DNA of 64,000 nt from Hydrurus foetidus (lineage: Eukaryota), in contig UYFQ01000732.1 of assembly GCA_900617105.1 (NCBI GenBank), forward strand, positions 62,001 through 126,000, in the 5' to 3' direction. Shown here piece by piece: positions 51,898 to 61,309 of the stretch. The translations under genes and the position numbers were made by a program. The notes beneath the pieces were generated by a model. It had not been told where the DNA came from and made no database searches. It worked only from the letters and a program-made list of their open reading frames with translations. The number at the start of each line of letters is the position of its first letter. Position 1 is the stretch's first letter.

Positions 51898-52947
51898 TCA
51901 GTACTTCAGCGCCGTACTCTTGCCCCAAAACACGCGGTAGGCAAACACCGTGTAGCCAATGATGACCGGCAGCACGACCACCGTGCCATAGAAGATCACC
52001 ATCAGCGCCTCGGGCGCACTGGCGGCGTTCCAGATCGTCAGCTTGTCCACCACCAGCCACGGGAACAGGCTGTAGGCCAGGCCGTAAAACGCCAGCAGGA
52101 AGATGCCCACGGTGCTGGCAAACGGCACGGCTGCGCCGTACTGGTTGTTTTGCGCCAGACGTGTGGGCAGGCGTCTGAGGCTGCGCGCTATCACCACAAA
52201 CAGCGCCACCGTCATCGCCGGAATCGGCAACAGCATGACCAGGTTGGGGAAGCTGAACCACTTGTCAAAAATGCGCTGGCTGACCCAGGGGGTGGCCAAG
52301 GAGATGGCGGCCACGCCAGCGGCGGTGAGCCACAAACTGCCCTGCGCCCAGCGCACGGCTTTGAGCTGCAGCGCGCCTTCGGTCTTCATGATGAGCCAGC
52401 CCGCGCCCAACAGGCAGTAGGCCGCCACCAGGCACAGGCCAATCAGCGCGTTGAAGAGCTGGCTGCCCCAATCCGTGGCAAAACCGGTGACCAGGCCGCC
52501 GAGCATGAAGCCCTGCGACCAACCGGCCAGGAGCGAACCCGCGTAGAACGCACGGTCCCACAGCGGCTTGTGCTTGTCCCGCGCCTTCACCCGGAAGTCA
52601 AACGCCACACCACGCAGCGTGAGCGCCACCAGCATCAGCGCCACGGGCAAGTACAGCGCCCCCAGGATGACGCCATGCGCCATGGGAAAGGCCACCAGCA
52701 GCACGCCCACACCCAGCACCAGCCAGGTTTCGTTGGCATCCCAAAACGGGCCAATGCTAGCGATCATGGTGTCCTTTTGCGCGACGTCGTCGGCGCGGCG
52801 CAGCAGCACGCCCACGCCCAGGTCGTAGCCATCCAGAATCACATAGGCCAGCATGGCCAAGGCCATCACCAGCGCAAACACCAGCGGCAGCCAGCCTGCG
52901 GGCTGGGTCAGGTCGGGCATGGTCAAAGCGGTCGTCGTATCAAGCAT
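51898..52947 (-). CDS. cydB: Cytochrome bd-type oxidase subunit II
   Basis: YVILDGYDLGVG, PFWDANETWLV. Confidence 0.95.
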   Translation of the reverse strand: MLDTTTALTMPDLTQPAGWLPLVFALVMALAMLAYVILDGYDLGVGVLLRRADDVAQKDTMIASIGPFWDANETWLVLGVGVLLVAFPMAHGVILGALYLPVALMLVALTLRGVAFDFRVKARDKHKPLWDRAFYAGSLLAGWSQGFMLGGLVTGFATDWGSQLFNALIGLCLVAAYCLLGAGWLIMKTEGALQLKAVRWAQGSLWLTAAGVAAISLATPWVSQRIFDKWFSFPNLVMLLPIPAMTVALFVVIARSLRRLPTRLAQNNQYGAAVPFASTVGIFLLAFYGLAYSLFPWLVVDKLTIWNAASAPEALMVIFYGTVVVLPVIIGYTVFAYRVFWGKSTALKY

Positions 52948-54274
52948 GGGCCACCTCCGGCAAAACGGGCTCTGGGATGCTGGCCTTGCGCGCCAGGTAG
53001 AACAACACACTCACATACGAAGTTAGCAACACGGCATAGAGACTCAGGTACATCACCAGCGTGAAAGCAATGTTGCTGGCAGGCACTTTGGAAGCCGCCT
53101 GTGCCGCCGTCAATACGCCCTGCACCAGCCAGGGCTGGCGGCCAATCTCCGTCACGTACCAACCGGCAATCAGCGCCACCCAACCCGCAAAGGTCATGCC
53201 CACCAGCACGCGCAGCAGCCAGGTGCTGACCTCGCCTTTGCGCACCTGCCAACTACCCAACCAGCTCACCGTCAGCATGAGCATGCCCACACCCACCATG
53301 ATGCGGAAGGCCCAGAACACCGGTGCCACGGGCGGATGTTGGTCACCAAAGTCTTTGATCCCTTTGATCTCGCCATTCCAGTCGTGCGTGAGGTACAGCG
53401 ACGCCAGCTTGGGGATCGCAATCTCGTACTTGTTGGTTTGCGTGGCCTTGTCGGGCATGGCAAACAGCACGGCGGGCGCACCCTTTTGCGTTTCCCAAAT
53501 GCCCTCCATCGCCGCGATCTTGGCGGGTTGGTGCTGCAGCGTATTCAGGCCGTGCTGGTCGCCCACCACGATCTGCAGCGGGATCAGTGCGGCCGCCACA
53601 AAAAGGCCAGTGCGCAACGACGCCTGCACCGCTTTGCCCTTGTCGCCTTTGAGCCAGCGGTAGGCACTCAGGCCCGCCAGCAAGAACGCTACGGTAAGGC
53701 CCGAGGCGATCAGCATGTGCGTCAGGCGGTAGGGAAACGAGGGGTTGAAGATGACCTCCAGCCAGCTCGTCACATGCGCTTTGCCGTCGATCATCACAAA
53801 GCCAGCCGGGGTGTGCATCCACGAGTTAAGCGCCAAAATCCAGAAGGCCGACATGGTGGTACCAAACGCCACCAAAAACGTAGCGGTGGTGTGCACCCGT
53901 TCGCTCACACGCCCTCGGCCAAACAACATGATGCCCAGCATGGTGGCTTCCAGGAAGAAGGCCGTCAGCACCTCATACGCCAAGAGCGGCCCGGCCACAT
54001 TGCCCACGGTGTTCATGAAGCCCGGCCAGTTGGTGCCGAACTGAAAGCTCATGGTGATGCCGCTCACCACGCCCAGCGCAAACGTCAGCGCAAACACCTT
54101 GACCCAGAACTGGTAAGCGTCCATCCAGTGCTGCTCGGCGGTGGCAATGAAGCGCGTTTTGAAGAACAACAGCACCCAGCCCATCGCGATGCTGATGGTG
54201 GGAAACAGGATGTGGAAGGTCATGTTGGCCGCAAACTGAATGCGGGCCAGCACGACGGGGTCAAAGCTGTCCAT
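52940..54274 (-). CDS. cydA: Cytochrome bd-type oxidase subunit I (short, CIO-like)
   Basis: ARIQFA..FHILF, FQFGTNW, QPAKIAAMEG, EIGRQPW. Confidence 0.96.
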   Translation of the reverse strand: MDSFDPVVLARIQFAANMTFHILFPTISIAMGWVLLFFKTRFIATAEQHWMDAYQFWVKVFALTFALGVVSGITMSFQFGTNWPGFMNTVGNVAGPLLAYEVLTAFFLEATMLGIMLFGRGRVSERVHTTATFLVAFGTTMSAFWILALNSWMHTPAGFVMIDGKAHVTSWLEVIFNPSFPYRLTHMLIASGLTVAFLLAGLSAYRWLKGDKGKAVQASLRTGLFVAAALIPLQIVVGDQHGLNTLQHQPAKIAAMEGIWETQKGAPAVLFAMPDKATQTNKYEIAIPKLASLYLTHDWNGEIKGIKDFGDQHPPVAPVFWAFRIMVGVGMLMLTVSWLGSWQVRKGEVSTWLLRVLVGMTFAGWVALIAGWYVTEIGRQPWLVQGVLTAAQAASKVPASNIAFTLVMYLSLYAVLLTSYVSVLFYLARKASIPEPVLPEVAHA

Positions 54275-54851
54275 GGTCGGCTCCTTCGGTAGTGGGTTTG
54301 GCGGGGGTAAACACGCTCTTCACCCGGTCTTTCATCTCCAGCAGCTTTTGCACCTTGGCGCCCATTTTCATCAGGCTGGCCAGCGTTTCGGAATCCATCT
54401 TTTGCACATCGTCCAGCCAATCGGTCATCAGCTCGATGAAGGCGTGCATCTGCTTCATGCGCTCCTGCGCGTGGATGTCCTCAGTCCCGCTGGGCTGCTC
54501 CATCAGCGCGTCGCGCAACATGGAGAGCGTCGGGTCAATCTCACGCTTGCGCCGCTCGGCCGCCAGGGTGCGGAAGATGGTCCACACATCTTCCGGGGCC
54601 TGAAAATACTCTCGCCGGTCATTCGGTTGGTGGATCAGCCGCACCAGGTTCCACGACTGCAGCTCTTTGAGCCCCATGCTCACATTGGACCGGGAAAACG
54701 CCAGCGCCTCCCCGATTTCGTCCGCATTCAGCGGCTTGGCCGACACATAGAGCAGCGCGTAAATCTGGCCCACCGTGCGGTTGATGCCCCAGCGGCTGCC
54801 CATTTCGCCGAAGTGCAGCACAAAGCGCTGCGTGAGCGGAGGAAGGTTCAT
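54261..54851 (-). CDS. GbsR/MarR-family transcriptional regulator
   Basis: FGEMGSRWGINRTVGQIYALL, SRSNVSMGLKEL, DRREYF. Confidence 0.92.
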   Translation of the reverse strand: MNLPPLTQRFVLHFGEMGSRWGINRTVGQIYALLYVSAKPLNADEIGEALAFSRSNVSMGLKELQSWNLVRLIHQPNDRREYFQAPEDVWTIFRTLAAERRKREIDPTLSMLRDALMEQPSGTEDIHAQERMKQMHAFIELMTDWLDDVQKMDSETLASLMKMGAKVQKLLEMKDRVKSVFTPAKPTTEGADHGQL

Positions 54852-54860
54852 GTTCTGATT

Positions 54861-54896
54861 TTCCTGAGTTTTCAGTATTTTCTGAAATATCAGGAA
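54861..54896. promoter_or_regulatory. Palindromic operator, probably for GbsR-type autoregulation
   Basis: TTCCTGA-GT-TTTCAG-TATTTT-CTGAAA-TA-TCAGGAA, just upstream of the regulator ATG. Confidence 0.7.
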
Positions 54897-54921
54897 TTAA
54901 GGGAAGTCGGAGCCTTTAACC

Positions 54922-54935
54922 TTGACTTGACGCAA
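54922..54935. promoter_or_regulatory. FNR-like box
   Basis: TTGAC-TTGA-CGCAA versus consensus TTGAT-N4-ATCAA, upstream of an oxidase operon. Confidence 0.45.
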
Positions 54936-54953
54936 GGGGTATTCATGGGGCAG

Positions 54954-55018
54954 TTTAGGCATGGAATTGGCCTCTAGCCCCCGTGGAATATGCGCAAGCA
55001 GCTATCAAAGTAGTAGCA
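54954..55018 (-). repeat. Fixed-spacing repeat, copy 9 (at the island boundary)
   Basis: Reverse complement GCTA-CTACTTTGA-TAGC-TGCTT-GCGCA-N13-CTAG. Confidence 0.88.
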
Positions 55019-55458
55019 AATTGAGGGTCATTGGGCAGGCTGTAGTAATAATGGCTTTCCACCCGAGGTACTGCCCAAGGTGACCGCGGGGCTGAACGTT
55101 GGCGCGGGGGTGACGTTCATTGTGTCGGGGGTGTCGGTGCTGGCGTTGAAGTCGCGGGCGAACTGAATTCAGATTGTGTTTGACCACTGGTGTGAAGCAC
55201 AGCAGAGCGGCGGGTGGGTCCCTGGTGCTTTGGCATTGAGGGCGGTAACCGAACCTTTGCGGACCTCCGAAGTCTCAACTTCCTATCCAGAAAGCCGACG
55301 TCCGACGCACCGCGAAACCGGCCTACCTCAAAGCCCAGGAAAGTTGGTAGCTCGGGCCTAACAACGCGTGGCGTATCTCTTGCGCCAACGGTAGAACTCA
55401 CACTTTGTTCCAACGTCCCCTTTTCAGCGTCAGGCAGGACACTCAACGGTGAGGGTGG

Positions 55459-57867
55459 TCACTCTCCAGGCGCGTCAGCGTTCGGCGGCTCGGCTGGCAG
55501 GTCAATCTTCGGGGGCTCGTCATTTCGGAAGTAGATGGCGGTAGTGGCCATTGCCAGATCTTCGGCTCGCGACGCAAGAAACTCGATCTCGCCAAATTCC
55601 TTCTTCGTGCGCTCATAGAGACTATACGGCTCAAGCTCACGGTCGGTAAGCAAGATGACGCGTTGTTCGTATTGCCCATTCAGAGAGCGCGCAAGCGCAA
55701 TTTCTTCCTGCGTGAACGCTGCCAGCTTGGCGAACAAGATGTAGACGCGAAAGCGCCGGCGTGGAAACGCATCGGCAACTGCCCTGAGATTTTCGATGTC
55801 GTTCGCGTTGATAGTTCCGGCTTCACCCTGCCGCGCGCCGGTGCCACGATCCTTGCACTCCCCGATGATGATCGGCGTTCTTCCATCACGGTTCGTTGAC
55901 CTGCCGGTCGTTATCCAGGCGAAGTCGACCTCGCATGTTGGCATTGCGCCTGCGACCTTTGGTGTCAGATCGAGCGATGTCGAATGAAGTTCGTCACCGA
56001 ACACGCCGTGCAAATTTGCGTCGAGTTGCTGGAGCGTCATCAACACGGGGATCGCTCCCTGCACATTCTTCTCCGCACCGAGAACGCCGGACCGTCGGTA
56101 GTGCCATTGCTCTTTGATGAGCTGGCGCGTTGCGTCGAAGGTGTTGCCGCACATATCGCATGAGACTTGCTGCCTCAGATTTTCAAGCGAGGTCCAGCTC
56201 GTGATCTGACAGGTTGGGCAAAGCAGATCGTAGCCGATACGAAACAACTTCTTGTCGACGAGATACTTGAAGACATCCTGCTGGGTCAGGTCGCCGCCGC
56301 TGCGTGGTTCGAGATACAGGTCCTTATGCTGGGCGAACGTCGCTGCAGGATTGTCAGGGTCCGGCTTTCCAATGAGGCCAAGCGCAGATGACTTCGTGAA
56401 GGCGTCCGTGGGACCAAACGTTTTCAAGAGCCGACGAACACCAGGAATCTTGAATGCGATCGCTCCCCGAAGTCCGCCTAGCTGCGCAATTAGTTGCCGC
56501 GCCATCAAGCCGCCGCGGCTGTGCTGCGCTGTGAAGCCGGCCAGGCCAAAGACTGCCTTAAAGAGCGCGTCGACCGGCAGCGCGTAGATGAACTCGTCGG
56601 TATCGGTCGCATCGATTACGAAGCCGATCCGATCCGGCTCAGCGCGAAGGCGGTCGTATCGAAAGTGCATGGATCGCGCAAGGAATTCGTTCAACTCCGG
56701 CACGTATGGGGGCCTGAGCGTGAAGTTGTCATTTGCGTAGAGACCGCCGATGAAGGACAGCGATGCGACAAGCTTCTGCGTGTGAAACCAAGTCTCGCCG
56801 GAGAACGGCTTGTCGGCCAATGCAAACGAGAGCTTTGGCTTGGACCCGTCGGTCATCAGAACGCCGAGCGACGTTGATTTGCCAAGATACATCATGGGCG
56901 CAGCGATGTTGAGCCCGTTCCATGAGTGCTCGGACACATCATCTATGACCAACTCTTGGACGCCGAGAACTCTGCGCGTCTCCTCCACGCGCTCTTGCCA
57001 TTTGTCATGAGGTTGTCCCTGGGACCAGACGGTCACTCCTCTTGGCCCAACGTTGTCGGGCGCACGCGCGAGGAGTTGAGCGACCTGCTCGTTCCATTTC
57101 GGGATGATCTCGGCGTAGCGTCCTTGAACGGACGGATCGACGAATATCGTGGAGATGTTGGCGGCTCTCAGGTTCCAGAACGTGACGAGATCTGCCAGGT
57201 TGGACGAAGAGCCAAAGAAGTAACCGGGCCGGTTTCTGCCGCTGTAGCCTCTGTGGTAGGCAGACAGCCCAGCGCGGGCAAGGTATGCAATGCTCGGATG
57301 CTCCAGGGCGTCACGCGAGATGACGTCGTTTAGGCCGATTGCATGGGCGTCAGGCTTGAGAGCAACCTTCACCAAATCGAGGTAGTCGATACCGATTTCG
57401 TCGCGGGCCGGATAGCCGCCGAATTGAACGAGGAACGTGTCCGCGAGCGGGTCGCTCTCATCCCAGGTGACGATTTGGAACTTGGACGGCAAGTGTCCCC
57501 ACGCGGGGGTCGCCTGTGCATGGACCAGCAGGTTATGAACGTCCAAGACGTTCGAGTGAAACCCATGCCTCTCTTCGCCGATGAAGAGCCGCTCAGGAAA
57601 CATCGGGTTGATCAGGTGCGGGAAACGATCTACGAAAGGCTTCGTGACGGCGGCATCACCAAGCGGGACCACCAGATCAGCACAGAAAAGCTCAAGGATG
57701 CGCGTTGCCTCTTCGGGACGGTCGGCGAACACGATCGGATTGAAACGGCCACCGAAGAAGCAGTGCGTATAGCGAACCGCCTTGCGAAAGGATGCAATGT
57801 CCGTGCTTGCGATCGCCCAGCAGATGCGAAGCGGTCTGTAGTAGATGTCGACGCGTACCGTGTCCAT
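55459..57867 (-). CDS. 802-aa hypothetical protein with a C-terminal Zn ribbon and a PD-(D/E)xK nuclease-like motif
   Basis: CPTC..CDMC; EVDFAW...IIGECKD; long uninterrupted ORF inside the island. Confidence 0.75.
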   Translation of the reverse strand: MDTVRVDIYYRPLRICWAIASTDIASFRKAVRYTHCFFGGRFNPIVFADRPEEATRILELFCADLVVPLGDAAVTKPFVDRFPHLINPMFPERLFIGEERHGFHSNVLDVHNLLVHAQATPAWGHLPSKFQIVTWDESDPLADTFLVQFGGYPARDEIGIDYLDLVKVALKPDAHAIGLNDVISRDALEHPSIAYLARAGLSAYHRGYSGRNRPGYFFGSSSNLADLVTFWNLRAANISTIFVDPSVQGRYAEIIPKWNEQVAQLLARAPDNVGPRGVTVWSQGQPHDKWQERVEETRRVLGVQELVIDDVSEHSWNGLNIAAPMMYLGKSTSLGVLMTDGSKPKLSFALADKPFSGETWFHTQKLVASLSFIGGLYANDNFTLRPPYVPELNEFLARSMHFRYDRLRAEPDRIGFVIDATDTDEFIYALPVDALFKAVFGLAGFTAQHSRGGLMARQLIAQLGGLRGAIAFKIPGVRRLLKTFGPTDAFTKSSALGLIGKPDPDNPAATFAQHKDLYLEPRSGGDLTQQDVFKYLVDKKLFRIGYDLLCPTCQITSWTSLENLRQQVSCDMCGNTFDATRQLIKEQWHYRRSGVLGAEKNVQGAIPVLMTLQQLDANLHGVFGDELHSTSLDLTPKVAGAMPTCEVDFAWITTGRSTNRDGRTPIIIGECKDRGTGARQGEAGTINANDIENLRAVADAFPRRRFRVYILFAKLAAFTQEEIALARSLNGQYEQRVILLTDRELEPYSLYERTKKEFGEIEFLASRAEDLAMATTAIYFRNDEPPKIDLPAEPPNADAPGE

Positions 57868-58723
57868 GTAAATGCCCGTTACCGAGTGAGTTTACGCTCT
57901 TGAGATAGCCGCGTCGTTCTGTTCGATTGCGACGCGACATCCGTCTTCGATTGCAATCAATCCGGCTCGAGGATCGCGACCGTGGGATGCCCGGATCCTC
58001 GCCAGCAACACGCCGATTTCGACGTCTTGTTCCGGTTTGATGGAAACCAATACCTGGTCCCAGGTTGCGTTGGAACTGGCCAACGTCCCGCACTCTGCCA
58101 CTAGCCGCTGAGCGGAGGTTGGCGCGCTGCCGGACGCTTCAGCGTCGCGGACCTCGTTCGCAGTGTTCTACTGAACGAACTTAGCTGCGAAGTACAAGAT
58201 CGCGGCCGCAGCAACTATCCAGATAATGGTCATCCAGCAAGTGTGCTGCCGGGAAGCTGACGGTCGCCAAGGGCAGCTCCTGGCCCAAAGCGAACAACGT
58301 ATTCGCACAAAGCCTGGGTTGATTCAATGAAGCTCCTTGGGGAACACATAGTGAATGCGGAAGACAGAATCCAAGACGGCTTCTGCGGTTGCGTGCGCCG
58401 CCCCTTTTGGCATACGAAATTTCTTCATGTAGTACTCAAGCAGTGCGCGCTCTGCCAGAGGGTAATGTTCTTTAATCGACGCATAAGCCTTTCGATACGT
58501 CATACCTTGGCCGGCCCAAGTCTCAAGATTAGCGTCGACCTCTTCACGAGAGTTATACGGTTTTCCCATGGCCCACGGACGCAAGGCAGCATTCGCCCAT
58601 GCCTGCTGGACGTCAATGCGAATACGTGCAGTAGGCTGAAGCGTTCCTTCGTTTTGACCGCTACCGATGGTCTGATTCAACAAAATACTGAGTCTTTGAA
58701 CAGAGCGAGGTAATAGAAAATGT

Positions 58724-60052
58724 CAGTAGTGTCCCAACGTTTTTCAGAGGAGAACGAGCTGTCGAGGCTCGAAATCCAAAACTGAATCGGTCGCGGATGG
58801 CGTAAGTAGTTGATTTATTGGGGTTTGTTCAAACATGGTCAAGCTCAGGATTTGTAGGATTTCGTAAAGGCTGTGATGTTCAAGATGCAAGCGCTTCTTT
58901 GCAATGGCGATCAACACGTAGGTGCAAACCGCAATCCAGATTTGCGTCTTCACGGCGTTCTCGCTGGTGCCCAAGAAAGCTTTGATGCGAAGGTGCTGCT
59001 TGACCCATTTGAAGAACAACTCCACCTTCCAGCGTTGACGGTACAGATCGGCAATGAGCTCTGGCTTCAAGGCAAAGTTGTTGGTCAGAAACGTGATGCG
59101 CTTGCCGGTTTCGTCCTTGACTACCACCCGGCGCAAAGTAGTTGGGTAATCCTTGCTGGAGTAGAACACCGTGAGCACGCCGATCTGATCGCAGATAACC
59201 GACGTGTTGCTGCGGTCCACAGGGTTGGAATAGCGCCGTCTGAACTGGGTATTGCTCTTGGCACGCGTCACGAAGAAGGCCTGCGCCTGATGAATCACGT
59301 ACAGCCTCTTGAAATCCAGATAACCCCGATCCATCAGGTAGAACGCTCCGGCTTCGAGCACCAAATCGTCCAGTACGTTGACCTCGTGGGTCTTGCCATC
59401 GGTGATGTGAATGAAGCTGGGGATGGAGCCATGCAGATCCAGCAAGGTGTGCAGCTTGATAGCGGCCTTGGTGGATCGAAACGGCGCCCACGGATGCAGG
59501 GACAGACACAAGTCGATGGTGCTGGCGTCGAACGCGTAGACGGCTGCATCCAGATCGATGCCCAAAGGCTCTTTGGCATACAACGGTCTGGCCATACCAA
59601 TCAGGTGCTGGGCAAAGTCCGCGTAAATCTGCCACGGTCGTGTGGCGTTCGCATTGGCCAGCGTGTTGCGCGAAATCGTAGAGCAGCGAAAACCCATGTG
59701 ATAAAGCCGATTGGCTTGCGCGCGCAGGTTCACCTCGATGTCGCGCAAGGACTCCCGGTAGGTCAGTTGCGCGAATGCCATGGCGAAGAACTGGTCCAGG
59801 CACGAAAAGTCTTTGACCTTGTGGTCCCCGCGATGCTTGGCCACACAACGCCGGAAAGTAGTCATGGGCAGAAAGGCCATGAGTTGAGAAAACACGAGCT
59901 TGCCTTGGTGCATACCGGCCCTTCGCGCGAATGCGCAAAAGGCCATAAGTCTGACGCTCGACGTTCAAATCGAGACCAGACTGAAATGCAAAATTCTGCA
60001 AGTAAATCATTAACTTACGAAGTCCTGATGTGAGAACGTTGGGACACTACTG
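58724..60052 (-). mobile_element. IS4-family insertion sequence, 1329 bp
   Basis: Perfect 18-bp IRs CAGTAGTGTCCCAACGTT; 9-bp TSD AGAAAATGT at 58715-58723 and 60053-60061. Confidence 0.95.
58744..59913 (-). CDS. IS4-family DDE transposase (DUF4372 + DDE_Tnp_1)
   Basis: FDASTI, MDRGYLD, LYRQRWKVELFFKWVKQHL. Confidence 0.95.
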   Translation of the reverse strand: MHQGKLVFSQLMAFLPMTTFRRCVAKHRGDHKVKDFSCLDQFFAMAFAQLTYRESLRDIEVNLRAQANRLYHMGFRCSTISRNTLANANATRPWQIYADFAQHLIGMARPLYAKEPLGIDLDAAVYAFDASTIDLCLSLHPWAPFRSTKAAIKLHTLLDLHGSIPSFIHITDGKTHEVNVLDDLVLEAGAFYLMDRGYLDFKRLYVIHQAQAFFVTRAKSNTQFRRRYSNPVDRSNTSVICDQIGVLTVFYSSKDYPTTLRRVVVKDETGKRITFLTNNFALKPELIADLYRQRWKVELFFKWVKQHLRIKAFLGTSENAVKTQIWIAVCTYVLIAIAKKRLHLEHHSLYEILQILSLTMFEQTPINQLLTPSATDSVLDFEPRQLVLL

Positions 60053-61309
60053 AGAAAATGTGCATTCTTAACATCGGGACGAAAGAGAATTTCGCAGGTC
60101 GGTTTTGGTGAAACGGGATTAGGTACATAGACCTCCCAGTTCGGTGAAAACACGTACGGTTCACCAACGTAGATCATCCAGAGATCCTGTCCACTACCCT
60201 TCCTAAAAACCAGTGGTGCACGCCAGCCTCCCGAGATCAATGCAGCTAGCTTGGATAGGGCTCCACTGCTCCTTGCGGTCAAATAGTCTGTTTCCTTGAT
60301 CTGTCGGTCAATAGAGCGGACTTCATATACATCACCTCTCCATCCATGAGGTATCTCTTCGATGACCAATCGTTCACCGTTTCTTATCTCACTCTGCCAG
60401 TAGATGCTTCGTGGGCCGTAATCTGGCAATGGAATTTTTGTGAAAACTTCAAGGTCTACTTCGAGGGCATCGCCACCTGATAGGTCGTAGCCGGAAGGAC
60501 CAACAACCATGGTGTGGCCGAAGTCATCAGGAATGATTGGAGGCGCCCAGAGAGTAAAGTTTCCCGATTCGTGGGCCCACTTTGCGAGCCTCATTGCGGC
60601 CCTGCATTCGGTGGAGTTCTTACCGTTCACCAGCTTTGGCCACGCGTCGTTTGCGGCATTTGCTGAATGCAACGCAAGTCCAAGAAATAGCCCGCAGACA
60701 ATTGACTGCATTTGCATATGCCCCCCGTTTTCTAATTTCCCAAGATGCTACTGCCTTTCCGACTCGGAATAAAAAGGAGGCTTCATAACCCACAGTTGGA
60801 GTGCATTATTGGGTGCAGTAATGACTTCATTGGTGTGGTCGCGACTGGTTTGCAAATAGCAGAGAGAAGTTGCTAACGGCAGTTTTTTCCGCAGTGCGAA
60901 GTCTCAATTCAGTGCCCTAAAGCGGCCATTACTCAAGGACTGCTGGTGTTAAGGGTTGTAGGATGCCCGCCCGCGCAGGCGCACAAAGGCTGTCCGAGTC
61001 ATTGGAGGGCGGGCGTCGTACAAGCCCCGAGGGAGGAAACCGCGGGGCCAGAAGTGCCCCACACGCAAACCCAGTCGTTATTGAGCTATGGCGATTTGAA
61101 GTTACCGGGAACGTCCAGCCTGTGGGCTAAGGGTGCTACGTGGCCCGGCAAGCTGGCGCAATGATGTCGGCGTGGGCGAATTCGCCATCGTTTTACTGTG
61201 GGCGGTTGCGCATGAAGACCCGCCAGTGCAGCCACAGGCAAGGCAACTCCATTTGACGTTCCAAACGGCTTCGTCAATTGCATGTATTGGCGTACGGGAC
61301 AGTGCGCGG

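Larger units (their letters stand above)
58324..60717 (-). pseudogene. Secreted hypothetical protein (351 aa when rebuilt) interrupted by IS4
   Basis: Removing the IS and one TSD joins ...KNAHF-L-LPRSVQRLSILLNQTIG in frame; N-terminal signal peptide. Confidence 0.88.

Noticed and set aside
58873..60033. 386-aa and 376-aa ORFs overlapping the IS4 transposase
   Set aside because: They are alternative-frame or antisense shadows with no recognisable motifs; the DDE frame explains the region.
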